This document shows positions 40,937 through 50,138 of a DNA stretch of 64,000 bases, in pieces (the first letter of the stretch is position 1; every line of letters begins with the position of its first letter). The stretch covers positions 9,043 through 73,042 of the forward strand of contig JAOZFT010000015.1 of assembly GCA_027492035.1 (NCBI GenBank). Direction: 5' to 3'. The notes under the pieces were generated by a model. It had not been told where the DNA came from and made no database searches. It worked only from the letters and a program-made list of their open reading frames with translations. The DNA comes from Thermoproteota archaeon (GTDB lineage: Archaea > Korarchaeota > JAOZGF01 > JAOZFZ01). A program made the translations under genes and the position numbers.

Positions 40937-41851
40937 TTAGAGATAGAGCCCGTAATCGACCGGTAAACTATAGAATCTCTTAGGTTGAAGTTTCATTATT
41001 TTTTCAACACCTAACTTTTTCACGTATTCCCTCCTATCATTCACACTGTAAACCCATTCCTCCAGATATTTTTCCACTAATTCAGGTTCTCTTGAAATCT
41101 TATCCCATTCTAGATAGAAGTCATTGTCTCTGTCGTAGTACCCTTGGACATAGGATGGATGAGCTGCCCATGGTTCCTCCACAACCGCATCAACCACTAA
41201 ATTGTGTATTAGTGTCCTGTTAGGGTCTCTCCTAATAACAGCTTCATCAACTATTTCTTCAACACTTAAAATTACCTTTTTCGCTGCGTATGCTGCTTCT
41301 TTTTGGTCACCTATTATGCCCCAAATTTGAGCATTCCCCTCCTTATCTGATCTCTGGGCATGAACGATTGCAACATCCGGTTTTAAAGCAGGTACGACAC
41401 TTACTTTTTCATGCGTAAACGGACACTTAATAAACTTAATGTTTGGGTTGACTTTCGGTAAATCTGAGTAAATGTTTGACCTTAAAGGGATGAAAGGTAA
41501 ATTCAGAGCTCCAGCATGGATTCTTGCCACCATACCAAAGTGGGTGTACTCCTCAATTTCTATTTTGTTAGGTACACCCTGCTCAACTGCTCTTCTGAAA
41601 CATCTTAAAGAACCTACTCCAGGGTTTCCAGCCCAGCTGAAAACAACCTTTTGTGCACAGCCGGCTGCGATCATTTGGTCAAGGATCAAGTCTGGAGTCG
41701 GTCTGCAAAGTGTTAATCTCTTCTTTTTTTGCCTAATTATTTCATGGCCTGCTGAAAAGTTTATGAGGTGGGTAAAACCTGCAATGTAGACAACGTCTCC
41801 GTCTTTAACAAACTTCTTTATTGCTTCCTTCATGTCCATGACTTTATCCAT
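40937..41851 (-). CDS. Family I CoA-transferase subunit A (glutaconate CoA-transferase alpha-like)
   Basis: 304 aa; N-terminal AIKKFVKDGDVVYIAGF and overall alpha-subunit pattern; adjacent to the beta subunit. Confidence 0.75.
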   Translation of the reverse strand: MDKVMDMKEAIKKFVKDGDVVYIAGFTHLINFSAGHEIIRQKKKRLTLCRPTPDLILDQMIAAGCAQKVVFSWAGNPGVGSLRCFRRAVEQGVPNKIEIEEYTHFGMVARIHAGALNLPFIPLRSNIYSDLPKVNPNIKFIKCPFTHEKVSVVPALKPDVAIVHAQRSDKEGNAQIWGIIGDQKEAAYAAKKVILSVEEIVDEAVIRRDPNRTLIHNLVVDAVVEEPWAAHPSYVQGYYDRDNDFYLEWDKISREPELVEKYLEEWVYSVNDRREYVKKLGVEKIMKLQPKRFYSLPVDYGLYL

Positions 41852-42284
41852 TCAAATCTTCCTCTTGAGGCTTAAACTTGAAACCGTATCTAATGACCCC
41901 TTCGTCTTCATAGATTCTTCTAAGTACTGCCTTAACCCTCATTCCTATTTTTACTTCTCCAGGCTTACAATCCGTTAATTGAGCAACTATCCTAGGTCCT
42001 TCATCTAAGTCAACCAATGCAACAACGTATGTGCCCCCATATTTTTCTTGTTTAGAGAATTCAGGGGGGGCAGCTGCAGCTGATATTACAGTGTAAGAGT
42101 ATATTGTTCCTTTCCCACTTAACTTAACTTTTTCAAAATCAAGGGATTCCTTACAGTTCTTACATACTCCTTTAGGGGGAAAATTTATCCATCCACACTT
42201 TTTACATCTTAATCCTACTAGCCCATACCTTTGAGGAATTGTTCTTTTATAGAGCGGAACCGAAACATAGGCCAAAAAAGACAC
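41844..42284 (-). CDS. DUF35 OB-fold/zinc-ribbon protein (scaffold partner of archaeal thiolase/HMG-CoA synthase)
   Basis: 146 aa; CKKCGWINFPPKGVCKNC zinc ribbon followed by an OB-fold region; immediately downstream of HMG-CoA synthase and thiolase, the conserved archaeal trio. Confidence 0.75.
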   Translation of the reverse strand: MSFLAYVSVPLYKRTIPQRYGLVGLRCKKCGWINFPPKGVCKNCKESLDFEKVKLSGKGTIYSYTVISAAAAPPEFSKQEKYGGTYVVALVDLDEGPRIVAQLTDCKPGEVKIGMRVKAVLRRIYEDEGVIRYGFKFKPQEEDLNG

Positions 42285-42306
42285 CTCCCTAAATTTCTTG
42301 AATACC

Positions 42307-43317
42307 CTAAACTATTGCTTCCTTAAGTTTCAAATACGTCAAGTAATCTATATACTCCTTATTGTTTAAAGCAGAAGAGACTTTTCCCTTATTCACCGGT
42401 TCTTGGGTCACTTTGAAACTTAAAGCGTCACTTCCTGCACCGGACCCATACGAAACTATAAGTATCTTTTCTTCAGGTTTAGCCTCCTCCAAAACTTTTG
42501 AAAAACTTATTAAAGTGGAACAAGTCCCTACATCCCCAAGTAATGGAGCAAGTAAACCTGCTGTTAACTGGTCTTTTGCGAAACCTAGTTTCAATGCAGC
42601 CCTTAACGGATCCCTGCCATTAAACTGTTGAACAATGAAATGGTTGTAATCTGAAGGCATCCTACCTAATTTATCAAGTAAAACTTTCAAGCTTCCATTT
42701 ACGTTTTCCATGAATGAAGTGAAGCAGTATCCCTTCAACCCTAAATCTTCAACTTTTGACGAATTTTTTGGTTTAAACCTTTCACCTGGAACCTCAGAAA
42801 CATAGGTCGAAGCCCCTTCAAATTCTGCAATTACATTTTGGAAACCTAACAGTAGAGAAGTTGCGGAAGAACCGAATCCATGCTCCAAGTCATTTTGCAT
42901 ATTTGTTGAAGGAGAATCGGAAGCAACCACTAAACCTAAACCTTCACCCATTGACTTTAAGTAACTTAAACATGAAATTAAAGCTTCAGTACCTGAACGT
43001 GTTGAGGATAAATGTTCAGAAACAAAAATGTTTTTGTTCAAGCCAAGTCCCTCAATTAAAAAACTTGATAGCAGTTTTTCAGTGTATGGGGGGGTGGTGG
43101 AGGCGAAACTTAACACTTTTATGTCCCTTAAATCAACTCCTTCAATTGCTTGCTCAGCTGACCCTAAACCCATGGACATCACATCTTCATCTAAGTCTGC
43201 AACTGCTTTCTCCTTAACCCCTCTTGCTGAAAACCTCCCCCAAACCTTGATGTATTCTTCTGCCTTTATCCTATACTTAGGGACATAAACTCCATAGTTA
43301 ACTACACCTAAAACCAT
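42307..43317 (-). CDS. hmgS: Hydroxymethylglutaryl-CoA synthase (archaeal type)
   Basis: 336 aa; N-terminal VNYGVYVPKYRIKAEEYIKVWG is typical of archaeal HMGCS; thiolase-fold condensing enzyme. Confidence 0.8.
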   Translation of the reverse strand: MVLGVVNYGVYVPKYRIKAEEYIKVWGRFSARGVKEKAVADLDEDVMSMGLGSAEQAIEGVDLRDIKVLSFASTTPPYTEKLLSSFLIEGLGLNKNIFVSEHLSSTRSGTEALISCLSYLKSMGEGLGLVVASDSPSTNMQNDLEHGFGSSATSLLLGFQNVIAEFEGASTYVSEVPGERFKPKNSSKVEDLGLKGYCFTSFMENVNGSLKVLLDKLGRMPSDYNHFIVQQFNGRDPLRAALKLGFAKDQLTAGLLAPLLGDVGTCSTLISFSKVLEEAKPEEKILIVSYGSGAGSDALSFKVTQEPVNKGKVSSALNNKEYIDYLTYLKLKEAIV

Positions 43318-43332
43318 CCCTTTCCACCTTTC

Positions 43333-44502
43333 TCAAACCTTGAAAACAGTAACTGCTGCTGTTCCACCTGACCCCCCCACGTTATGAGTTAAGCCTATTT
43401 CAGCGTCTTTAACCTGTCTAGCTGGCTTCTGAACAGTTTTTCGGAGTTGGTTAAATATTTCATAAACTTGGCCTGTTCCAGTTGCCCCAATAGGATGTCC
43501 TTTAGCCTTCAATCCTCCACTTAGATTGACAGGTATTTCTCCTTCCATTGAAGATAAGCCCTCTTCAATAAATTTTCCTCCTTCCCCCCTTTCACAGAAC
43601 CCAAGATCTTCATATGCAATTATTTCAGCTATTGTAAAACAGTCATGGACTTCAGCTACATCTACATCTTTGGGTTTGATTCCTGCTTTTTTGTATGCCT
43701 CTCTAGCAGCCAGTACTGCCGCTTTTAAAGAAGTTATTGTCTCTCTATCATGTAGGGCGAGGTAATCTGTACCTGTACCGAACCCAGCCACGTAAACAGG
43801 TGAATCAGTGAATTTTTTGGCTATTTCGGCTTTACACAGCAGGACTGCTGATGCTCCATCGGTAGTGGGGCAACAGTCGAAAAGATTTAATGGATAAGCT
43901 ACCATTGGAGAATTCATTGCTTTTTCTAGGGTTATTTTATTCTGGAACTGAGCTTTTGGGTTAAGAAATGCATTTTTATGGTTTTTCACAGCCACCATAG
44001 ACAGTTGCTCTCTGGTTGTGCCGTAGTCATGCATGTGACGGTTAGCCATTATTGCATAAAGCCCTGCAAAAGTCATACCTGCAAGTCTTTCGTACTCTGT
44101 ATCCCCAGAAACTCCAAGCCAATACTTAGCCTTAAGAGATGAAACATCCCGCATCTTCTCAACCCCTCCTGCAATTACAACGTCATACATACCGGACATT
44201 ATTGCTAAACATGCTTCTATGAAGGCAAAACCAGACGAGGAACATGCGTTCTCAATTCTTACTGCATGAACCCCTGGTAAACCTACATATTCAGCCATTA
44301 AAGCGGAAAGGTTGCCAAGCTGGAAACCTCCACTACCTAAACTACCAATGTAAACAGCATTTATTTCTCTAGGTTCTAACCCGTTATCTACACTGTTTAT
44401 TAATTCTATATAAGCATCTAAAAAAAGCTCTTTCACACTTTTATCGACTGATTCACCATATTTGCTTTGACCAGCTCCAACAACAGCTACTTTACTCTCC
44501 AT
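43333..44502 (-). CDS. Acetyl-CoA C-acetyltransferase (thiolase), archaeal type
   Basis: 389 aa; VAVVGAGQSKYGE N-terminus, active-site Cys region NACSSSGFA, C-terminal GHPIGATG and NVGGSGG motifs. Confidence 0.85.
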   Translation of the reverse strand: MESKVAVVGAGQSKYGESVDKSVKELFLDAYIELINSVDNGLEPREINAVYIGSLGSGGFQLGNLSALMAEYVGLPGVHAVRIENACSSSGFAFIEACLAIMSGMYDVVIAGGVEKMRDVSSLKAKYWLGVSGDTEYERLAGMTFAGLYAIMANRHMHDYGTTREQLSMVAVKNHKNAFLNPKAQFQNKITLEKAMNSPMVAYPLNLFDCCPTTDGASAVLLCKAEIAKKFTDSPVYVAGFGTGTDYLALHDRETITSLKAAVLAAREAYKKAGIKPKDVDVAEVHDCFTIAEIIAYEDLGFCERGEGGKFIEEGLSSMEGEIPVNLSGGLKAKGHPIGATGTGQVYEIFNQLRKTVQKPARQVKDAEIGLTHNVGGSGGTAAVTVFKV

Positions 44503-44621
44503 ACTGCTCCCTTACCCTTACTCCTTCTGTTTCTTAATTAAAAAATTAAAGATAATCATTTATATATTGAAATAATTATTTAAAATTTTTTGACAGCCTG
44601 AACTTTCCGGATGTGTAAAAT

Positions 44622-45890
44622 ATGAATTACGACGCCGTAGTGGTTGGGGCAGGTGTCCTCGGTTTATCTACAGCTTACCACATCAAATTAGAAAATCCAG
44701 CTGAAAAAGTTTTGTTAATTGATAAGAACCCTGGGCCTGGACAAGGAAATTCAGGTAAATCAGCTGAATGTTTCCGAAACATTTTCTACTCTGAAATTAA
44801 TACTTTGTTAGCAGATACATCTATTGATTTCTTTTTCCATGTTCAGTATGAAAAGGGGTTTGACTTGGGTATACGCAAGGTGGGTTATCTTTTCCTGACA
44901 GCTGAAGAGGAACTGAAGCTTTTCAAAAAGGAGCACATAAAGAAAGGCCAGGTTAAGGTTTATGAAAGAGAAGACCTCAAGAAACTTCTTAAATTAAACC
45001 TAAACGTTGAAAAAGATAAAGAAGCCCAAATGCTTAATCTTAAAAACATCCAGAAAGGGTTTCAAATAATCAAAGCAGGTTACTTAAGTGTAAGCAAATT
45101 AATTGAGTTCTATGAATCAGAATTCAAGAGACTTGGAGGTGAAACACTTTACCGTACAAAAGTTAAAAAGTTGCTTATGAAACCTAAAGAAGAACTCAAT
45201 ATCATAGGTGAACCCCACATTTGGCAGGATGCAGAAGTAGTTGGTGTTGAAACTGAAAAAGGGAAAATTTACGCAAAAAAGACAATAGTAGCTACTGGTG
45301 CTTGGAGCAACACTTTACTTCACCCAGTAGGTCTAGAAACATATATGAACCCTAAGAAAAGGCAACTTTTTGTTTTGAAAGCTAAAACAAAAGAATTAAA
45401 AGATTTACTTTACTCGAAAGGGTTCAATAAAGAAGGAATACTTCCTTTCACCATTTTACCAAAACCTCTAATTTGGATGAGGGCAACAATGGAGGAGAAC
45501 ACCTTCTGGATAGGGTGTGCAGATGAAATAGGTAGAAGTTTCAAACTTGAAGACGACCCTAAACCGGAAAAATACTTCTATATTTACGGAATAAGGCCTG
45601 TGCTTGAAAAATACTTTCCCCAATTCACAAACCAGGAACCTTTAAACATGTGGGCTGGTCAGTACGCAGTGAATTCCTATGACGGATGCCCAATAGTGTA
45701 TGAAGAGAGTGGTGTTATTTATTTAACAAGTGCAACTGATAGGGGGATACAGATTTCTCCTTCCCTGGGAAAAATTGCTTCAGCTGTTTACTTCGGTGAA
45801 GAGTATGCTGAACTGTTTGGGGGCAGGAAATTTAAAGTAAGTGATGTAGGTATCAGAAAAAGGAAAATTGAGTATGAGCTAGTGCTTTGA
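44622..45890 (+). CDS. FAD-dependent oxidoreductase, DAO family, paralog B
   Basis: 422 aa; VVVGAGVLGLSTAYHI motif; collinear similarity to 21324..22610 including the shared C-terminal GGRKFKVSD. Confidence 0.75.
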   Translation: MNYDAVVVGAGVLGLSTAYHIKLENPAEKVLLIDKNPGPGQGNSGKSAECFRNIFYSEINTLLADTSIDFFFHVQYEKGFDLGIRKVGYLFLTAEEELKLFKKEHIKKGQVKVYEREDLKKLLKLNLNVEKDKEAQMLNLKNIQKGFQIIKAGYLSVSKLIEFYESEFKRLGGETLYRTKVKKLLMKPKEELNIIGEPHIWQDAEVVGVETEKGKIYAKKTIVATGAWSNTLLHPVGLETYMNPKKRQLFVLKAKTKELKDLLYSKGFNKEGILPFTILPKPLIWMRATMEENTFWIGCADEIGRSFKLEDDPKPEKYFYIYGIRPVLEKYFPQFTNQEPLNMWAGQYAVNSYDGCPIVYEESGVIYLTSATDRGIQISPSLGKIASAVYFGEEYAELFGGRKFKVSDVGIRKRKIEYELVL

Positions 45891-45918
45891 AACCCTTTCC
45901 TCATGAATCAGTAAAGTT

Positions 45919-47385
45919 TTAGTTTTTGGATGTAACTTTGGCTATTTCTCTGGCCTGCTTTAGTATTTCTTCAACTCTTTCCCTTGTTTCAGCCGGTAAA
46001 GGTTCTATTTCATGTTCCTTCAATATTTTTAAGGCTTTCTCCCTTGTTCTTTTAACTATATCTTTAGCTCCAAGTTTCATCCACATACTGTATGAAAAAC
46101 TTCTATCCAACAATTCATTAATGAAATGTTCCTCCTTAAAGTATTTCCTTGTATGTTTAAGCTTTAAGAAGTTTCCAGCATGTCCAGCTTCCATTATTTC
46201 GTTTACAGCAAGTCTTTCCTCATCCACCTTTATTCCTTTCATGAAAAGCTTAGTTTCACCTATTACCTCATCCGCAAAAACCAGTATCTCATGGGAAGTT
46301 GTAATTGCTGAGTCAATATAGCCTATGTCATGAATGAGGTTTTGGCCTCCGAGAGCCGCAACCATTAAGTTCCTTGTTGCCTCAGCAAAAGCTTGTCCGT
46401 CAAGCACCCGTGAATCTGAACATCCACCAGTACCCCACATCGGGATTCTTAAATAATGACAAAGCTGAGCTTGTGCTGTTCCAAGCATCAAATCCTCAAT
46501 TGCTCCATAAGAGGTAACTGTCGTCCTCATATCCATAACCATAGGTACAAAACCGAAAATGAAAGGGGTGCCAGGGTTTATAAGTTGAGCTAAAACGTTT
46601 CCACCTATGGATTCCGCCATTCCTTGAACAATTGAACCAGCTAAAGTTACAGGGGCTGTTGCACCAGTGATTGGGCAAGGGGCGAAAACAACAGGTAACC
46701 CCCTCTTAACCCATTCAATCAAAGCTTCTACATAGATTTCGCCGTAAACTAACGGGGATTGCGGTTCATCATACATGGAAACTATGGCTCTCCTTTTTAA
46801 CTCCTCTTCACCACCCGCCACTTCTTCAGCTATTTTAATCATTAGTTTAGTCAATTCTGCACCATGGTAAGCGAAAACAATTGAGTGCTTCACTGTATTG
46901 GACATTATTGCATATTGTTCATAGAGGCCTTGAACCTCTGTCGGAACATCAAAAGGAGTAGCTAAACCCATTGCGTAATCAATGTTCGGTAACGCATCTG
47001 ATAATTTAGCTGTGTTCGCTACGTCTTGAAGGTTGGTTTTTCTTCTTTCACCTGTTTCAAGGTCTATTATATGGGTTGTTCCACTGCTTGTGCCAAAAAA
47101 AACTTTCCTGCCTTCAATAATAAAATCTTGCTCTTTACTTCTTCCACAAAGCCTAACTCTCCTCGGTGCCTTCCTTAATGACTCCTTAACCAAATACTCT
47201 GGGAATTTAACTACTTTACTTTTATAATCAACTATTGCACCTGCATCTTCAAGTAGTTTAAGAGCTTTGTCATGCTCTATTTTAACTCCATGCATTTCTA
47301 AAACGTTAAGGATAGCGTAATAAATGTCTTCTATTTGTTCCTTGGATAAAATTTTCAACTGTCCCCCCTTTAATCCTTTCCTCAT
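45919..47385 (-). CDS. MttB-superfamily methyltransferase (non-pyrrolysine), paralog 3
   Basis: 488 aa uninterrupted ORF; conserved blocks shared with paralogs 1 and 2 (GLKGGQLKILS, AGGEEELKRR, GATAPVTLAGS, LAVNEI). Confidence 0.85.
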   Translation of the reverse strand: MRKGLKGGQLKILSKEQIEDIYYAILNVLEMHGVKIEHDKALKLLEDAGAIVDYKSKVVKFPEYLVKESLRKAPRRVRLCGRSKEQDFIIEGRKVFFGTSSGTTHIIDLETGERRKTNLQDVANTAKLSDALPNIDYAMGLATPFDVPTEVQGLYEQYAIMSNTVKHSIVFAYHGAELTKLMIKIAEEVAGGEEELKRRAIVSMYDEPQSPLVYGEIYVEALIEWVKRGLPVVFAPCPITGATAPVTLAGSIVQGMAESIGGNVLAQLINPGTPFIFGFVPMVMDMRTTVTSYGAIEDLMLGTAQAQLCHYLRIPMWGTGGCSDSRVLDGQAFAEATRNLMVAALGGQNLIHDIGYIDSAITTSHEILVFADEVIGETKLFMKGIKVDEERLAVNEIMEAGHAGNFLKLKHTRKYFKEEHFINELLDRSFSYSMWMKLGAKDIVKRTREKALKILKEHEIEPLPAETRERVEEILKQAREIAKVTSKN

Positions 47386-47558
47386 TTAACTCATCACCTT
47401 ACGTTTTACACGTATTGAAACCTGTTTCAAGTTTTTAAATTTTTTATTGATAATGTTTTACTTTTACCCTGTTTTAAAATAAATATTTTTGAAGAATGAT
47501 TTCTTAGTTTTGGGTTCCTTAGTTATGTAGGGCTGAAAGTGAAACTCTTTTCGAAAAA

Positions 47559-48179
47559 TTAACAGAGCAAAACTAACCCAACTCTGACGATTTTGTCCTT
47601 AGTTGGAAAACTAATAGGTGCCCCTGCTCTTTTGCATGTTTCTACGACATCTATTCCTAGAGCCTCCATTGAGGGCCTAGCCATGAAAGGTTTTGAACAG
47701 AAGGGGGTCCCTTTCTTGAGGTTGCATTCCTTACATAATCTACACTGCCCTGAAGTTAATCCTGCAGCAAATCTGTAACCCATTTGGAAAGCTAAAGCCT
47801 CAACTTTAGAAACTACTTCATAAAGCTTCATTGCACTTGGTGCAACTACTGCTTCATAACCCTTTTCAGAATACGCTTCTGCCAGGTTGCTTTTACCTTC
47901 TATAACTTTGTTTTTCGGGATCTTATCAGTAAGTTTTATAAGAATAGCAACTCGATATTTTTTCAAAACCTTTTTGAACTCTGGTAAAGAGGGTACATAG
48001 GGTGGACACATTAAATTGGTGTTGTAGTTTGGGCAAAGTGGAACTATACACTTAAATTTTACCCTTTCATCTAACACTATATCCTTTGTTGGTATTATTT
48101 TACAGAAGGAAGCACCTGACTCTTTAGCTTTTTCGCATAACCTGTTAAAAGCTGCATCCTCAGCTTTCTTTTCAATCAT
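47559..48179 (-). CDS. Cys-rich putative metal-binding protein (possibly DUF2284-like)
   Basis: 206 aa with clustered cysteines: FCKIIP...KFKCIVPLCPNYNTNLMCPP and CRLCKECNLKKGTPFC; last gene of the corrinoid/MtmB-like/AAA-VWA array. Confidence 0.45.
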   Translation of the reverse strand: MIEKKAEDAAFNRLCEKAKESGASFCKIIPTKDIVLDERVKFKCIVPLCPNYNTNLMCPPYVPSLPEFKKVLKKYRVAILIKLTDKIPKNKVIEGKSNLAEAYSEKGYEAVVAPSAMKLYEVVSKVEALAFQMGYRFAAGLTSGQCRLCKECNLKKGTPFCSKPFMARPSMEALGIDVVETCKRAGAPISFPTKDKIVRVGLVLLC

Positions 48180-48190
48180 AGAAACACTTT

Positions 48191-50083
48191 CTAAATTATT
48201 TCGGCTACTTTATATGGTAACTCATTGAAATTGTCAAGGAAAGTGTAGTTTCCATTTGTGGCCTTTGACAAGTCTTTACAAAGATCTACACTTTCTTTTC
48301 TTCCACCTCCAATTCCTACCTGTACAACATTTAGTTTATCAAATTTTTTAGCCACATGTCTTGGATCTTCCCCTCTCGTAACCCAACCATCCGTTATGAG
48401 GATTCCTAATTTTTCACTTATATCTGCTCTTATGTTGGCTTCATCTAACTCATCTAAACCCTTCTTTAAAGCCGTTTCTATGTTTGTCAACCCGCCTGTT
48501 TTTAAATTCAAAATTTTCCTTATCACTTCAGTTAGTTCTTCCTGTTCAAACACAGATTTTACCACTTCAGGTTTATCCTTAAAAGATATAACTGAGCAGT
48601 AATCATCTTTAAATTTAATAAGTAACGTAGCTGCTGCAATAGCTGTCAAAACTATTTTTTCCCTTTGCATGGAATTGCTTGTATCCAGCATCACAGCCAC
48701 TCCAACTTTCCTCGGAATTTTCTGCATACACACTATGTCTTGGTAATCAATCACTTTTTTACCTATTAAGTTTTCAAAGGTTAAATCTTCATCTATTTCT
48801 TCCAATCCAGGAACAAATTCACTTCTTTCTTTACGTACTCTTCTAATCCTTTTTCCAGCTATTCTATGAGCAATCTCTAAAACCATTTTTATAATTAAAT
48901 CCTCGATTTTCCTTTTTGTTACCGCATCTAAAGCTCTTTCACTAAGTAAAGAATAAATTTTTATAACTGGCCATTCATAACCTTCTTTTTCAGCTTTCAA
49001 AACCAAATTTAAAACTTCATCATCACTTAATTTCTCAATAAAACCCGGTTTTTCAATTGCTTCCTTAACAGCTTCAATTATTTTTGTGTTCCGTTCCCGG
49101 AAAGAAACCCCTTGTTTTTTCCTATTTTCCACAATGTTTTGTCCTTGTTTAAGTTTATTGCTATTGACTCCCCAGTTTTCATTTTTAGGTGTGAAGGGGT
49201 TACTACCCCAGTTAAGTTCTTTAAGAACAGAATAGACTATTTCTTTTATTATCTCGCTCAATTTCTTTTCCGTCTTACCTATTAAAGCAACTTTTGTGTA
49301 CATTGCTGAAACAGCTAAGTTTACGATTAGTTCAGGGTTTAAGTCAGGGTTTCTTCTATTTTTCACTAGTTCGACAAAATCTACAGCTCCCCTAATTGAG
49401 GCTCCATGTCTAAATTCAGGATGGACCCTTGTTTTTCTCATAATCTTGACAGCAAGTGTAAGTACTTTTCGGTCTTCGAACCCTGTTTCCTTCCTGACAA
49501 TATCTATTTCCTCTTCTTCGCTTTGGTAACTTAACCCTATCCACACGAATCGGTCTCTAAGTGCTTCACTTAACCTGCTTGTGCCAACGTACTCTTGGGG
49601 ATTTTGTGTAGCTATAACCAGAAAACCTTCCTTAGCCTTTATTACACCTATTTTTGGAATGATAATTTGTTTTTCATCCATTGCAGGAAGCAAAACATTC
49701 TGTGTTCCCTCAGGCATTCTGTTAAGTTCATTTATGAAAAGAACACCACCCTCTATCATTGCTTGAGTCAAGGGGCCTGGTATGAAGGACTTCCAGCTGT
49801 ACCCTTTAGATAAGACAATTGGAGGATCAAACCAACCTGTTAATTTGTGTTCAGTGTACCTTTCATCGCCATCCACCCGGTAAATTTTTCTCCCTAAGAA
49901 ATTGGCTACAGCTGCAGCTAAAGTTGTTTTCCCTATACCTACAGGGCCTTCAAGTAAAACATGTTTATTTGAAAGTGCAGCATTTAAGATGTTTTTCAGT
50001 TCCTCTTCTCTACCAATAATCCTATATTTCCTCTTTATCTTCTTTATGGCTTCCTCTAAATTGAACATTAGACTTCCCTGCAA
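48191..50083 (-). CDS. MoxR-type AAA+ ATPase fused to a C-terminal von Willebrand factor A (VWA) domain
   Basis: N-terminal MoxR/ChlI-like AAA (GPVGIGKTTLA, FINELNR, sensor region); C-terminal VWA with MIDAS motif VMLDTSNSM; 630 aa. Confidence 0.75.
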   Translation of the reverse strand: MQGSLMFNLEEAIKKIKRKYRIIGREEELKNILNAALSNKHVLLEGPVGIGKTTLAAAVANFLGRKIYRVDGDERYTEHKLTGWFDPPIVLSKGYSWKSFIPGPLTQAMIEGGVLFINELNRMPEGTQNVLLPAMDEKQIIIPKIGVIKAKEGFLVIATQNPQEYVGTSRLSEALRDRFVWIGLSYQSEEEEIDIVRKETGFEDRKVLTLAVKIMRKTRVHPEFRHGASIRGAVDFVELVKNRRNPDLNPELIVNLAVSAMYTKVALIGKTEKKLSEIIKEIVYSVLKELNWGSNPFTPKNENWGVNSNKLKQGQNIVENRKKQGVSFRERNTKIIEAVKEAIEKPGFIEKLSDDEVLNLVLKAEKEGYEWPVIKIYSLLSERALDAVTKRKIEDLIIKMVLEIAHRIAGKRIRRVRKERSEFVPGLEEIDEDLTFENLIGKKVIDYQDIVCMQKIPRKVGVAVMLDTSNSMQREKIVLTAIAAATLLIKFKDDYCSVISFKDKPEVVKSVFEQEELTEVIRKILNLKTGGLTNIETALKKGLDELDEANIRADISEKLGILITDGWVTRGEDPRHVAKKFDKLNVVQVGIGGGRKESVDLCKDLSKATNGNYTFLDNFNELPYKVAEII

Positions 50084-50138
50084 AAATGATTAGTAAGTAC
50101 TAAGTTGCTAATGCTTCTTTAAAAAAAGAGGAAGGTAT

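Noticed and set aside
40168-44502. Interpreting the thiolase / HMG-CoA synthase / DUF35 trio as part of a novel catabolic system
   Set aside because: This trio is the well-known archaeal mevalonate-pathway entry complex, ordinary housekeeping. Only its co-location with the CoA transferase pair is noted.
48191-50083. Calling the AAA-VWA protein a magnesium/cobalt chelatase D subunit (ChlD/CobT)
   Set aside because: The domain architecture is compatible, but no CobN/ChlH-like large subunit or separate ChlI is nearby, and the N-terminal AAA is MoxR-like rather than clearly ChlI-like. Left as a generic MoxR-AAA/VWA with the chelatase-like role stated only as a hypothesis.
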